A stretch of DNA of 64,000 bases from Longimicrobiales bacterium (GTDB taxonomy: Bacteria; Gemmatimonadota; Gemmatimonadetes; Longimicrobiales; Gaopeijiaceae), in NCBI GenBank assembly GCA_965248195.1, contig CBDFIQ010000002.1, positions 1,664,001 through 1,728,000 of the forward strand. Reading direction: 5' to 3'. The position numbers and the translations under genes were made by a program. Positions 1-10,707 of the stretch are shown here, piece after piece. Under the pieces are notes generated by a model that was given only the letters and a program-made list of their open reading frames with translations, was not told where the DNA came from and searched no databases. Positions within the stretch are counted from its first letter, which is position 1; every line of letters begins with the position of its first letter.

Positions 1-37
1 TGCTCGAAGTCGTGAGGATAGAGAGCTTGCGGCCGAA

Positions 38-2359
38 CTACTCCCCCGGCTGTAGGGTGAGGCGATGGGCCACTCGTTTCTCCACCGCCTCACGGCTGAA
101 GAGGAAGGGAAAATACTCCCCGTTGCCCAGATAGTCGATCAGGTTGCCGTAAAACGGGCTACCGGGTTGAGCGCTCTGGCCAGGGGCGTTCGTGGCCACG
201 GAACGGTCCAGGTCGGAGAGGTCGATGATGCGACGGAAGTTGGCGCCGGTCGCGTTGACCGTCCCGAAGCCGCCCGGCCTTTCCACGGCCGGCAAATCGA
301 AATTCGGGAGGAACATATGTGAGAGGCCGCTCTGGTTGCCTCTGCCGTACCGCCACTGGCTCCAGTCCGCTCCCCAATCTTCTGTCAGCGCGGCCACGGT
401 CCGCTCCAGCCCCTCCTCGATCAGCGCGCGCCGCTGTGGGTCCGGTGTGGCGGTATCGGCCGCTCCGGAATCGGACAGGCGAGTCCATTCCACGTAGATC
501 GCCGCCGCAGTGCTCTCCCTCGTGAGCACTCCATCCCACTCCGCGATCAAGGCACGGGCCCGCTCCACACCCGGGACCTCGGAGGTCCAGCCCTGGAATG
601 CCGGAATGTCCCCTTCGGCCCTCAGCGAGTAGGTGTCGAGCTGGATCGCCTGGTGATCCTCGATCGAGAACAGTTTGCCCGACCCGAGGATCTGGTGGAG
701 GCGCGTGATCCGTGAGGTCGCCACACCCCTGGACGAGTGATAGAACACCGGTCGCCCCTCGTAACCCGGGGGGTGGACGTTGTTGTTGGCCGTGGTGATG
801 TAGCCCCGATCCGGATTGAACTCGCGCGGGAGATCACTCCGGAATCCCTGCCACTCGTACTTCCCGTTGCCGGGTACCGGCAACCGGCCGTTCCAGCCGT
901 CCCGGTCGGGTGTGAGCCCCGTCACCTGGAGCGCGATGTTGCCGTCGGCGTCCCCACAGATCAAGCTGTGCGTGGGCACCATCCAGTACATCGCCCGCTC
1001 GAAGAAGTCGGTGCAACTCTCGGCCTGAGCCATCTTGAAGCTGCCCTTGTAAGCGGCCGTGCCGTTGTCCTGGACCACCGAACGCACCGCGTAGGCGACA
1101 CCGTTTTCGGTATCCTCGAAGATTACCGGGCCGTGGCGGCTGAACTTCAGCTGGACCGTGCGGGGTGCCTCGCCCTTGATCCCGATCTCTTCCTCGATGA
1201 CGCGCAGCGGCTCCCAGCCATCTTGCCATCGAACCAAATTTGGATCGTCAGGGCTGACCTCCTCGACGAAGACGTCGACCATGTCGGTGCCGGCGAAGGT
1301 GAAGCCCCAAGCCATGCGTTCGTTGTGCCCGGCATCTACCCCGGCGAAGGGTGGCTCGCCACCCCCCATCACGTTCCAGCCCGGAGCGTTCAGGTGTACG
1401 AAGTATCGGAGTGCGGGCATCTCGATCCGTCGGTGTGGATCGTTGGCCAGGATCGGCACACCCGTGGGCGAGCGATCGCCGCTCACGACCCAGTTGTTGC
1501 TCCCCTCGGTCGCGATCTGCGGATTCGAGACCTGCGCCGTCCGTACGGCGGGGGTGAGGTGCCGATACTCTTCCACCACTTCCAGATCGGGGAGCCTTCC
1601 TTGCGAGAACGGGTCTCCGTCCCCGGCTCGCATCGCGTCGAGCACCGTCTGGGTGATGATGCTGACGTCGAGGCCTTCGGGGATCTTCAGATCGTCCCAT
1701 GGATCCGGCGCCGCCCGGCGATTCGCCTCCTCGACGCCGAACCGGTCCACGTTCATGGCGAGCTGGATCTCACTGATCGCATGGCCCCGCACACTCGACA
1801 GGCCGACGGCCGCCCATCGCAGGAGGACGGTCCTGGCGGTCCACGGATCCGGCACGACTCCGGTGAGCTGGAACTCGACCGGAAGGTTGTCCCGATTCTG
1901 CTCGATGTATGCGTTCACCCCGGCTGCGTGAGCCGTGAAGATGCGCTCCCCGTCAGGGTGGTAGCTCGTCCATTCGGACTCGTCCCAGGGTCCACGGAAC
2001 ATCATTTGCCGCGTGCGGAGGTCGTAGTCGAACGCCTCGGGTCCGAAGATCTCGGAGAGGCGTCCCTCGTGCCAGCGCCGCCACATCTCCATCTGCCAGA
2101 GCCGGTCCTGGGCCATCACGTACCCCTGCGCCATGAAGAGGTCGTCGACGTTCTGAGCGTAGATATGCGGGATTCCCCACTCGTCCCGGAGGACCTCCAC
2201 TGGCTCCTTCAAGCCGGGCACGTCCAGCTCTCCGCCCAGTTGAGCCAGCGACCGACTGGCCAGCTCTTCGAAGGAATCGGGCTCCGACGGTTGGCAACCG
2301 ACGGTGACAAGCAACAAGCCCACGACCAGCCCAGCGAGACGGTTCGGATCCAACGACAT
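38..2359 (-). CDS. Penicillin acylase family (Ntn-hydrolase) lipoprotein
   Basis: RDEWGIPHIYA, QDRLWQM, autocatalytic GSNNWVV, ILANDPH, PGQS motifs; lipobox-like TVGC. Confidence 0.93.
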   Translation of the reverse strand: MSLDPNRLAGLVVGLLLVTVGCQPSEPDSFEELASRSLAQLGGELDVPGLKEPVEVLRDEWGIPHIYAQNVDDLFMAQGYVMAQDRLWQMEMWRRWHEGRLSEIFGPEAFDYDLRTRQMMFRGPWDESEWTSYHPDGERIFTAHAAGVNAYIEQNRDNLPVEFQLTGVVPDPWTARTVLLRWAAVGLSSVRGHAISEIQLAMNVDRFGVEEANRRAAPDPWDDLKIPEGLDVSIITQTVLDAMRAGDGDPFSQGRLPDLEVVEEYRHLTPAVRTAQVSNPQIATEGSNNWVVSGDRSPTGVPILANDPHRRIEMPALRYFVHLNAPGWNVMGGGEPPFAGVDAGHNERMAWGFTFAGTDMVDVFVEEVSPDDPNLVRWQDGWEPLRVIEEEIGIKGEAPRTVQLKFSRHGPVIFEDTENGVAYAVRSVVQDNGTAAYKGSFKMAQAESCTDFFERAMYWMVPTHSLICGDADGNIALQVTGLTPDRDGWNGRLPVPGNGKYEWQGFRSDLPREFNPDRGYITTANNNVHPPGYEGRPVFYHSSRGVATSRITRLHQILGSGKLFSIEDHQAIQLDTYSLRAEGDIPAFQGWTSEVPGVERARALIAEWDGVLTRESTAAAIYVEWTRLSDSGAADTATPDPQRRALIEEGLERTVAALTEDWGADWSQWRYGRGNQSGLSHMFLPNFDLPAVERPGGFGTVNATGANFRRIIDLSDLDRSVATNAPGQSAQPGSPFYGNLIDYLGNGEYFPFLFSREAVEKRVAHRLTLQPGE

Positions 2360-2518
2360 GATAGCTCTCCCACTACGGTGTTACAGAGATGTCGACCAGG
2401 ACATTCGTATTAGGACATTTGTATTAGCCTCTGCTCGGGCAAAACGCCATGATGCCCTCGTGTGGAGGCCCCACCTCGCTCTCCGAGCGGCGATTCAGCA
2501 GCCACAAAGAAGGCGAAA

Positions 2519-3142
2519 ATGGCACACGAATGGCAAGACGTCGACTACGCCCTGGCGTATTTGGCGCGCGCAGACACCGTTCCACATCGAACCGAGGGGG
2601 AAGCGGTGCTCATCGAGGAGGTGCCAAGCGACTGTGAGCGCATTCTCGATCTCGGCACGGGTGATGGCCGCTTGCTGGCCCTCCTGCTCCTCCGTTGTCC
2701 GGAGGCGCAGGGTATCGCCCTCGATTTTTCGTCGGCCATGATCGAGCAGGCCAGTGAACGATTCCGTGGGGATGACCGGGTTCGCGTCGTCGAGCACGAT
2801 CTGGGACAGCCGCTCCCCGATCTGGGGACCCACGACGCCGTCTGCTCGAGCTTCGCCATTCACCACGTTTCCGATGAGCGCAAGCGGACTCTCTACCGGG
2901 AAATCTGGGAGATCCTCGAACCCGGAGGCGTGTTCTGCAACCTGGAGCACGTGTCGTCCCCAACGTCGCGCCTTCACCAGCGGTTCCTCGAAATGATCGG
3001 TGGTCAAGAGGATGAATCGAACATCCTCCTCGATGTCGAGACGCAGCTGCGTTGGCTGCGAGAAATCGGATTCGAGGACGTGGACTGTCTTTGGAAGTGG
3101 CGGGAGTTGGCGCTCTTTGCCGGAGTGAAGCCGACCGCTTGA
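2519..3142 (+). CDS. Class I SAM-dependent methyltransferase
   Basis: ILDLGTGDG motif I, SSFAIHHV, LEPGGVF; ATG at 2519 chosen as start. Confidence 0.88.
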   Translation: MAHEWQDVDYALAYLARADTVPHRTEGEAVLIEEVPSDCERILDLGTGDGRLLALLLLRCPEAQGIALDFSSAMIEQASERFRGDDRVRVVEHDLGQPLPDLGTHDAVCSSFAIHHVSDERKRTLYREIWEILEPGGVFCNLEHVSSPTSRLHQRFLEMIGGQEDESNILLDVETQLRWLREIGFEDVDCLWKWRELALFAGVKPTA

Positions 3143-3248
3143 TCATGGGGATACGCGGATGGTCGTCAGCGAGGGCGTGCGGGCCGCGGGGCGCAAAAAA
3201 GAGACCGGCGCTTGCTGCCCCACACCCCGTAGACGCATTTTGTCCGCC

Positions 3249-5915
3249 ATGTCGGATGCTGTCGCCCGCCTGAACGCGGCCCTCCAGGGCCGCTACGCCA
3301 TCGAACGCGAGCTCGGTGAGGGCGGCATGGCCACCGTCTACCTGGCCGATGACCTGAAGCACGAGCGGAAGGTCGCCCTCAAGGTCCTGAAACCCGAGTT
3401 AGCGGCGGTCATTGGGGCCGAGCGCTTTCTGGCCGAGATCAAGACCACAGCCAACCTCCAACATCCGCACATTCTTCCACTCTTCGACTCCGGAGCGGCT
3501 GACGGTCTTCTCTACTACATCATGCCCTTAATCGACGGTGAGTCCTTGAGCGACAAGCTCAAACGCGAGACCCAACTCCCCGTCGACGAAGCTCTCGAGA
3601 TCGCCGAGGCGGTGGCCGGGGCGCTCGACTATGCGCATCGCCAAGGCGTGGTCCATCGAGACATCAAGCCAGCCAACATCCTCCTGCATGAGGGTCAGCC
3701 CCTGGTGGCGGACTTCGGAATTGCGCTCGCGGTGACCGTCGCGGGCGGCGACCGGCTTACGGAGACCGGCCTCAGCCTGGGCACGCCGTCCTACATGAGC
3801 CCGGAACAAGTGACGGGGGAGCGTGAGCTCGACGGGCGGAGCGATCTGTACTCGCTGTCGTGCGTGCTGTATGAGATGCTTGCCGGAGAGCCACCCTTCA
3901 CCGCACCCACGGGACAAGCGGTGGTGGCCCAGATCCTGGCGGTGGATCCCTCGCCGTTGGGTGAGCACCGGCGCACGGTCCCGGCGGGTGTGGCGGCGGC
4001 GGTGCACCGGGCGCTCGAGAAAATTCCGGCCGACAGGTTCGCCACGGCCGGGCACTTCGCGGAGGCTCTCACCGCCGCGGGATATCGGTCACCCGCCGAG
4101 GCGCACGCCGGGGAGGCCCAGAGAGTGACTCAGTCGCCGACCCTGGTGCGCATCCTTGCCACGGCGCTCGTGGTCCTCGGCGCGCTCGCCCTCTGGGGAT
4201 GGCTGGGACCTGGGACAGCAGGTGACGGCACTGCGGTGGTGCGGCGGACCGTAATTCCAGTTCCGATGGGACAGCAGCTCTCCATTCCGCAGGGAGGGGC
4301 TCTTCCCTTCGCCCTCTCGCCGGACGGTTCTCTGTTGGTTTATGCTGGAGTTCGGGAGGGGAGAACCAGTCTCTACGTACGCCCATTGGACAGCTTCGAG
4401 TCCACAGAGCTGGCGGGGACCGAGGGCGCGAAGCAACCCTTCTTCTCCTGGGACGGCACCCAGATCGGGTTCTTCGCCAACCGCCAACTCCAGCGAGTTC
4501 CGGTCGACGGGGGGTCTCCTTTCCAGGTTGCCGACGCTCCGGGTGTGCCGCAGGGAGCGAGTTGGGGGCCTAACGACACAATTGTGTACAGCGCCAGAAC
4601 GGAACGGCTGAACGACACGAACGTTGCCAGCGCCAGACAAGAATTGCTGAAGGTGCCTGCCGCGGGCGGCGAGCCCCTGTCCCTCGAGCTACGGTCTGCG
4701 CTGCCCCAGGACGCCGGTGGTCCCCTTCCGAGCGTTACCTGGCCCCATCATCTCCCCGACGGCGAGCATCTGCTGGTCTCTCTCAGCGGGGGCCGCACGG
4801 TCGTGGCCTCGTTGGCCTCGGGGGAGCTGACGCCGGCGGTGGACGGGGTCCAGGGTCAGTACCTGCCCGGTGCACGCTCGGGCGGCCATATCGTCTACAG
4901 GGAGCCCGGTGAGCGCGTGAGGGCTGTGGCCTTCGATCTGGCCTCACTCCGGGTGACGGGAGATCCCTTCCCGCTGTTCGAGAACGTGTTTCGGGGGGCC
5001 CAAAACGGTGGAAGCTTCATTCGGGTCTCACGCACCGGGTCGGCGGTCTACGTCGCGGGGGGTTTCGAGCGCTCACTGGTGTTGGTCGAGCGAACCGGCC
5101 GGGAGGTACTTCTGACCGAGGAACGGTTGGGGTACCGCTTTCCCCGATTCTCGCCGGACGGCAGGCGCGTCTCGGTGGCAGTGGATCCGCGCCCTTCCAC
5201 CCTCTGGCTGTTCGACGTGGGTAGCGGGGTGGGCTCGCCGATCGAAGGGTTACAATTGAGTTTCTGGAATCCCGCCAACGGTCGCCTATACGCCGGACAG
5301 CCTTTCCTTGTGGAGCGGTGGCCCCTTACGTCCAGTCCGGACACGGCCATGATCTGGCCCGTGAGCCCCATCTTCATACGGTCCTGGTCCCGGGATGGCC
5401 TGACGCTCATCGCGGCAGCACCGGGAGTGGACACCGGCCAGGACCTCTGGCATGTGCAGCTCGGGGGCGACGGAATCCCGGACACCCTCATGGCGACCCC
5501 GTTCGAGGAACGAGACGCGAAGCTCTCGCCGGACGGGAACTGGCTCTTATACGAATCCGATCTGTCCGGACGACCCGAGATCTATCTGACCACCTATCCC
5601 GATCTCAGGGACCGCCAACGCGTTTCGCCCGGGGGAGGCAACACTCCGCTCTGGGCTCACGACGGCTCGGAGATCTACTACCGTAGCGGAGATCGGGTGA
5701 TGGCGGCCCAGGTCCAGGTCTCCGTCGGTTCGTCCCCTTCGGTGAGCCAGCCGGTGGTGCTGTTCCGTGGAGATTACGACAACTCTCAACCGGCCGGTTG
5801 GGATGTCGACGCCCAGGGCCGGTTTCTCATGGTCCGTCCAGCCCCTGGCACGTTCGGGCAGTTCCAGCTGGTGTCGAACCTGGCGGCGGAGCTGGCGCGG
5901 GATGAATCCAGATGA
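3249..5915 (+). CDS. Ser/Thr protein kinase with TM helix and C-terminal TolB/PD40-like beta-propeller
   Basis: GEGGMATVY, VALK, HRDIKPANIL, DFG, YMSPEQ; hydrophobic helix; repeated SPDG motifs. Confidence 0.93.
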   Translation: MSDAVARLNAALQGRYAIERELGEGGMATVYLADDLKHERKVALKVLKPELAAVIGAERFLAEIKTTANLQHPHILPLFDSGAADGLLYYIMPLIDGESLSDKLKRETQLPVDEALEIAEAVAGALDYAHRQGVVHRDIKPANILLHEGQPLVADFGIALAVTVAGGDRLTETGLSLGTPSYMSPEQVTGERELDGRSDLYSLSCVLYEMLAGEPPFTAPTGQAVVAQILAVDPSPLGEHRRTVPAGVAAAVHRALEKIPADRFATAGHFAEALTAAGYRSPAEAHAGEAQRVTQSPTLVRILATALVVLGALALWGWLGPGTAGDGTAVVRRTVIPVPMGQQLSIPQGGALPFALSPDGSLLVYAGVREGRTSLYVRPLDSFESTELAGTEGAKQPFFSWDGTQIGFFANRQLQRVPVDGGSPFQVADAPGVPQGASWGPNDTIVYSARTERLNDTNVASARQELLKVPAAGGEPLSLELRSALPQDAGGPLPSVTWPHHLPDGEHLLVSLSGGRTVVASLASGELTPAVDGVQGQYLPGARSGGHIVYREPGERVRAVAFDLASLRVTGDPFPLFENVFRGAQNGGSFIRVSRTGSAVYVAGGFERSLVLVERTGREVLLTEERLGYRFPRFSPDGRRVSVAVDPRPSTLWLFDVGSGVGSPIEGLQLSFWNPANGRLYAGQPFLVERWPLTSSPDTAMIWPVSPIFIRSWSRDGLTLIAAAPGVDTGQDLWHVQLGGDGIPDTLMATPFEERDAKLSPDGNWLLYESDLSGRPEIYLTTYPDLRDRQRVSPGGGNTPLWAHDGSEIYYRSGDRVMAAQVQVSVGSSPSVSQPVVLFRGDYDNSQPAGWDVDAQGRFLMVRPAPGTFGQFQLVSNLAAELARDESR

Positions 5916-6134
5916 ATGGCCAGCGCGGTTAATTCTCGGCGAGCTCGATCGCGTCGATCCGAAATCTCTCGCCGACCCCAGGGCGGCCGCCAGCGGGAGG
6001 GCGCCGACCGAGAGAAACTCTCGGGGGAGACTGCGACGACTCTTTCATCCGTAGCTGGAACGGAAAGTTCGGGCTATATCTCCCAGTTGGGGTAGCCCCC
6101 GAAGAGACTGCTTCTTTATTTCAGGGAGGAAACC

Positions 6135-7385
6135 ATGCGGACGAGAGTGTTTTCAGTTTTGATCACGGGAACCTTCCTCTCTTTCGGTCTGCCCACCCCG
6201 AGCCAGGCCCAGCGAGGGCAACCGACCCAACTGCCGGAGGGCGCTGGTCAGGAACTGGTTCAGGGCAGTTGCACTGACTGCCATCGACTCAACCTGATCG
6301 CCAACTCACCAGGGTACACCGCCGAGGGCTGGGAGAAGTTGTTCAGCTCGATGGTCGCGCTGCCCAGCGCTGAGACCGAACTCGTCGCGAGGTACCTGGC
6401 CACGAACTTTCCGGTGAGACCGGCGCCCGAGGCCGTGGTGATTCCGGGACCCGTGGAAGTGTCCATCACGGAGTGGCTGGCTCCCTCGCTCGGCTCACGA
6501 CCTCATGACCCGCTCGCGGCAGCGGATGGCTCCCTTTGGTGGACGGGGCAGTGGTCGAGCCGGCTCGGACGGGTCGATCCCGAAACAGGTGCGATTAAGG
6601 AATTCCCGCTCCCGGACGACTCGGGCCCTCACGGTTTGACCGAGGACGCGGACGGCAACGTTTGGTTTACCGGTATCAGCCAGAACTACATCGGCAAGCT
6701 CGATCCCAGCACGGGAGAGGTCACCCGGTACCCCGTGCCTGAGGCCGCGGTGGCCCCCGCCGGAGCCCGAGGTCCGCACACGCCGATCTTCGACCAGAAC
6801 GGCACGCTGTGGTTCACGCTCCAGTCGGGAATGGTGGGACGGCTCATCCCGACGACCGGGGAGATGAGGATCGTCGCGACGCCCAGCGACAATACGTATC
6901 CGTATGGCATCCAGGTGAACTCACGGGGGGTGCCGTGGTACGTGGATTTCCGCGGTAATCGGGTGGGCAGCGTCGATCCCGAGACCATGGAGATCACGGA
7001 ATACACGCTGCCGAATCCCGATGCCCGTCCCCGACGCCTCACTCTTACCCCGGACGATGTGGTGTGGTATACGGACTACGCCCGCGGCTATCTCGGCCGC
7101 TTCGATCCCGAGACGGGCCGGGTCCGTGAGTGGCCCTCTCCAAGTGGTCCCCAGTCCCGGCCCTATGGCATCGCCGCGGTGGGTACCGTCGTCTGGTACA
7201 GCGAATCGGGAGTGAGGGACGACACGCTCGTGCGTTTCGACACGGAGACGGAGCAGTTTCAGACGTGGTTGATCCCGTCCGGCGGAGGCGTGGTCCGCAA
7301 CATGATGGCCACGGCGGATGGCCACCTGGTGTTGGCCTGCAGCGCCGTGAATCGCATCGGGCTCGTGGAAGTCAAATACAACTGA
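6135..7385 (+). CDS. Secreted cytochrome c domain fused to Vgb (virginiamycin B lyase)-like beta-propeller
   Basis: Signal peptide, CTDCH heme-binding motif, repeated P(H/Y)GI..DG.VWF blades; GGAGG RBS. Confidence 0.85.
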   Translation: MRTRVFSVLITGTFLSFGLPTPSQAQRGQPTQLPEGAGQELVQGSCTDCHRLNLIANSPGYTAEGWEKLFSSMVALPSAETELVARYLATNFPVRPAPEAVVIPGPVEVSITEWLAPSLGSRPHDPLAAADGSLWWTGQWSSRLGRVDPETGAIKEFPLPDDSGPHGLTEDADGNVWFTGISQNYIGKLDPSTGEVTRYPVPEAAVAPAGARGPHTPIFDQNGTLWFTLQSGMVGRLIPTTGEMRIVATPSDNTYPYGIQVNSRGVPWYVDFRGNRVGSVDPETMEITEYTLPNPDARPRRLTLTPDDVVWYTDYARGYLGRFDPETGRVREWPSPSGPQSRPYGIAAVGTVVWYSESGVRDDTLVRFDTETEQFQTWLIPSGGGVVRNMMATADGHLVLACSAVNRIGLVEVKYN

Positions 7386-7422
7386 GTAGCGGGCCAACAC
7401 GACTGAGTAGTCAGGCTGAGGC

Positions 7423-7992
7423 TCATTTCAAACCGAGCCTCTTGCCCGACGCCAACAGGATGAGCGCTTCGCGAAGGCGTCTCTCCTTCGTCTCGTCCCG
7501 TTTGGCCGAGTCGATCCAACCGATGTAGGCGCGTTGATACGACGGTGCCAACTGTTCGAAATTCTGCCAAGCGGCTGGAACGGCTTTCAGCGCGTCCTCG
7601 ATGTAGGACGGAAGTGCCGACACGGACGGCCTTGGTGCATCACCGCTCCGATTCGTCGGCGCACGCCTCAATCCCGGTGCCGCTAACAACCCTCGCGCTT
7701 CAAGATCCGCATACCGTCGGCGATTGCTGGTCGACCATTTGCTGGCTGCCTTTCGCGGGGTGAACTTCCGTGCGTACCGGGCTTCATCCAGGCGCCTTAC
7801 GAGGCTGTCGATCCATCCGAAGCACAGAGCCTCCTCGACCGCATCGTTGTAGCCGATGGACGGTACGCCCGTGTGGCGCTTGTGGAATACGAGCCAGATT
7901 TCGGAGTGCGAGTCATGGTGCTCCTCGAGCCACTCCCTCCACTCTTGGCCGTTCTGGACGTCGAGCGTCTCGATGGGCTTCGCTGGCGTCAT
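7423..7992 (-). CDS. YdeI/OmpD-associated family protein
   Basis: WREWLEEHH, EALCFGWIDS, FTPRK..SKWS, WIDSAKRDET motifs. Confidence 0.9.
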   Translation of the reverse strand: MTPAKPIETLDVQNGQEWREWLEEHHDSHSEIWLVFHKRHTGVPSIGYNDAVEEALCFGWIDSLVRRLDEARYARKFTPRKAASKWSTSNRRRYADLEARGLLAAPGLRRAPTNRSGDAPRPSVSALPSYIEDALKAVPAAWQNFEQLAPSYQRAYIGWIDSAKRDETKERRLREALILLASGKRLGLK

Positions 7993-8211
7993 GGTTCACT
8001 AATCTCTCCGGGCAACCGCCCCTGACTTTGGAGCGTCCCTTACCCCGAGGGAGGACGTTGGTGGCACGCTTCAAGACCAACCTAGTGCGCTTGCCATCGC
8101 GGTCTAGAATCCCGATTCTTTGAGACGCGCCTTGGAGACGCGCTCCTGGAGGATCTTCCCCCACGAGTCTCGCACAGTCGAGTCACCACCGGACAGGGAC
8201 GCCGAACCCTC

Positions 8212-10650
8212 ATGGACTTCCTGTTGAGAGATCTTCGCTTCGCGGTTCGCAACTTGCGGAAGCACCCCACGTTCTCGGTGGTGGCGGTCATAAGCATCGC
8301 TCTCGGAATCGGCGCCAACACGGCGATCTTCAGCGTGGTGAACGGGGTGTTGCTACGGGACCTACCCTACGAGGCGCCCGAAGAGCTGGTGCGTATCTGG
8401 TCCACGAACATGGAACGGGGCGTGCCCTTCGGGTTCATGTCCCCGCCCGACATCGCGGACTATCAAAGCCAGAACCAGACCTTTGCCGAGGTGGCGGCAT
8501 ACTCCGAGGCGGAGCTGGCGATGATCGACCGCAATGAGTCGGCCATCAAGGTCACGGGAACGTGGGCAGGGGACAACTTATTCTCGGTACTGGGCGTCGA
8601 CGCGCTCATCGGCCGGACGTTCCTCCCGGAGGATGGGGAGGCCGGAGCCGCCAAGGTGATGGTCCTAGCGAACGGGTTCTGGCAGAGTCGCTTCGGCGGC
8701 GATCCGGGGGTCATCGGCGAGTCCTTTGTCGTAGAGGAGAACGCCTACACCGTGGTGGGAGTCATGCCACCCGGCTTCGACTTCCCCGGAAACTCGAGCT
8801 TCTGGCTCAATCGTTATCTGCTGTCTTACCCGGGCCGTTACGCTCGCTGGATGGACGTCGTGGGCCGGATGGGCCCTGGCGTCGGTATTGAGGCGGCTCG
8901 AGCCGACTTCGCCGGAATCGCCGTCCGACTCGAGGACCAGTATCCGGGAACCAACCGGGCCTACGCCACGACGCTGATCCCGCTCCACGAAGCCGTTGTA
9001 GGTGAAACACGCGCTCCGTTGCTCATCCTGCTCGGGGCCACCGGACTCTTGCTCCTGATCGCTTGTGCCAACGTCACCAACCTCCTGTTGGCGCGGATGG
9101 CGGACCGTGGTCGTGAGATCGCGGTCCGGACGGCGATGGGGGCGGGGCGTGTCCGGCTGAGTCGCCAGATGCTCACCGAAAGCCTGGTGCTGGCCGGAGC
9201 CGGCGCCGTTGTCGGGCTGCTCCTGGCCAGGGTCGGCATCGATGTCCTCATCGCGCTCGGCCCCGAGAACCTCCCTCGCCTCGACGAGGTCCGCTTCGAC
9301 GAGAACGTGTTTATCTTCACCCTCGGGAGCACCGTTCTCACTGGCCTGCTGTTCGGGCTCGCGCCGGTGCTGCGCTTGATGGGCACTGATGTGCAACGGG
9401 TGCTCAAGGAGGGCGGAAGGAGCGCGACCGTGGGTTCGGGCCGCGAGCGTCTGCGTAACGGACTGGTCATGACGGAGATCGCGCTTGCGGTGATGGTGGT
9501 GGTCGGCGCCGGACTCCTAGCTCGCAGCTTTTCGCGACTCATGGACACCGATCCGGGCTTCAACGCCCGGGGTGTGCTCACACTCCAGGTCGAGGTCCCC
9601 ACGGGGAGCTATCGGGAAAATACCGAGGTGGCCGATTATTACGCCACGCTTACGCAGCGCCTGACCGACGTGCCGGGCGTCGAATCCGTCGCGGCCACGG
9701 CGGCCCTTCCGTTCGCCCGTGAGATCCCGTTCCTGGGTAACTTCGTCGTAGAGGACCGTGCTGCACCCATGGAGGGAGAGGAGCCGACGGCCCACTATCG
9801 GCAAGTGACCCCGGGATACTTTCGTACCATGGGAATCGATCTGATCGAGGGACGGGAGTTCGACATTCAAGACGACGGCACGTCCCGTGGTGTCGTGGTC
9901 GTCAACGAGGCTCTGGCCCGTCGGTACTTCCCGGACGAGGATCCCATCGGAAGAACCATCGATGGGCTGCCCCCCCATATAGCCCTCGGCGGTTTTCTGG
10001 TAAACCGATTCGAAATCGTTGGGATCGTCGAAGACGTGAGCTATTTCGGCTTGGCGGAAGCCCCACGGCCGTCGCTGTATTTCCCGGTCGCCCAAGCCCC
10101 GTTCCGGCGCATGAATTTCACGATCCGGACGGCGGGTGTACCCGAGGGCCTGATCGCTGCGATACGCGGTGAAATCGTCTCCATGGATCCCACGGTGCCC
10201 ATCGCCCGAGTCCAGACGATGGAACGGATCTTGTCCAACTCGGTTGCGAGGGACCGTTTCAGCATGCTGCTCCTCACGCTCTTCGCGGTCATCGCGCTGG
10301 TCTTGGCTTCGGTGGGGATCTACGGCGTGACGTCCTATTCCATCTCGCAGCGCACCGCCGAGATGGGTATTCGAATGGCTGTGGGGGCGAACCCCGGCGA
10401 CGTCCTGAAGCTGGTGATGGTGAGTGGCGCTAAGCTGGCCCTTTCAGGAGTCGCGCTGGGGCTCCTCGGCGCGGCCGCACTGAGCCGCATCATGGCCAGC
10501 CAACTGTACGGCGTCGGTGCCACCGATCCATTAACCTTCGCAGGTGTAGCGCTCGTTCTGGCGTTGGTCGCGCTGGCGGCTACGTATGTGCCGGCGCTGC
10601 GTGCTGCGCGAATCGATCCCGTCCTGGCGATACAGGGGGAGGGTCGGTAG
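8212..10650 (+). CDS. Duplicated MacB/FtsX-type ABC transporter permease (orphan, ADOP-like)
   Basis: DLRFAVR, LGIGANTAIFSVV, LLIACANVTNLLL, EIAVR.AMGA, EMGIRMAVGA, RAARIDP; no adjacent ATPase. Confidence 0.93.
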   Translation: MDFLLRDLRFAVRNLRKHPTFSVVAVISIALGIGANTAIFSVVNGVLLRDLPYEAPEELVRIWSTNMERGVPFGFMSPPDIADYQSQNQTFAEVAAYSEAELAMIDRNESAIKVTGTWAGDNLFSVLGVDALIGRTFLPEDGEAGAAKVMVLANGFWQSRFGGDPGVIGESFVVEENAYTVVGVMPPGFDFPGNSSFWLNRYLLSYPGRYARWMDVVGRMGPGVGIEAARADFAGIAVRLEDQYPGTNRAYATTLIPLHEAVVGETRAPLLILLGATGLLLLIACANVTNLLLARMADRGREIAVRTAMGAGRVRLSRQMLTESLVLAGAGAVVGLLLARVGIDVLIALGPENLPRLDEVRFDENVFIFTLGSTVLTGLLFGLAPVLRLMGTDVQRVLKEGGRSATVGSGRERLRNGLVMTEIALAVMVVVGAGLLARSFSRLMDTDPGFNARGVLTLQVEVPTGSYRENTEVADYYATLTQRLTDVPGVESVAATAALPFAREIPFLGNFVVEDRAAPMEGEEPTAHYRQVTPGYFRTMGIDLIEGREFDIQDDGTSRGVVVVNEALARRYFPDEDPIGRTIDGLPPHIALGGFLVNRFEIVGIVEDVSYFGLAEAPRPSLYFPVAQAPFRRMNFTIRTAGVPEGLIAAIRGEIVSMDPTVPIARVQTMERILSNSVARDRFSMLLLTLFAVIALVLASVGIYGVTSYSISQRTAEMGIRMAVGANPGDVLKLVMVSGAKLALSGVALGLLGAAALSRIMASQLYGVGATDPLTFAGVALVLALVALAATYVPALRAARIDPVLAIQGEGR

Positions 10651-10707
10651 GGGCTCAACGACACCTACGGCGGCTCTCTTGTCGCCGCAGAGTGCGGGCG
10701 CCGGGGC

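Noticed and set aside
737..2413. Long antisense ORFs (also 15053-16348, 22574-23908, 43616-44719, 57263-58225)
   Set aside because: Mostly shadow frames of well-supported genes in GC-rich DNA, with no motifs
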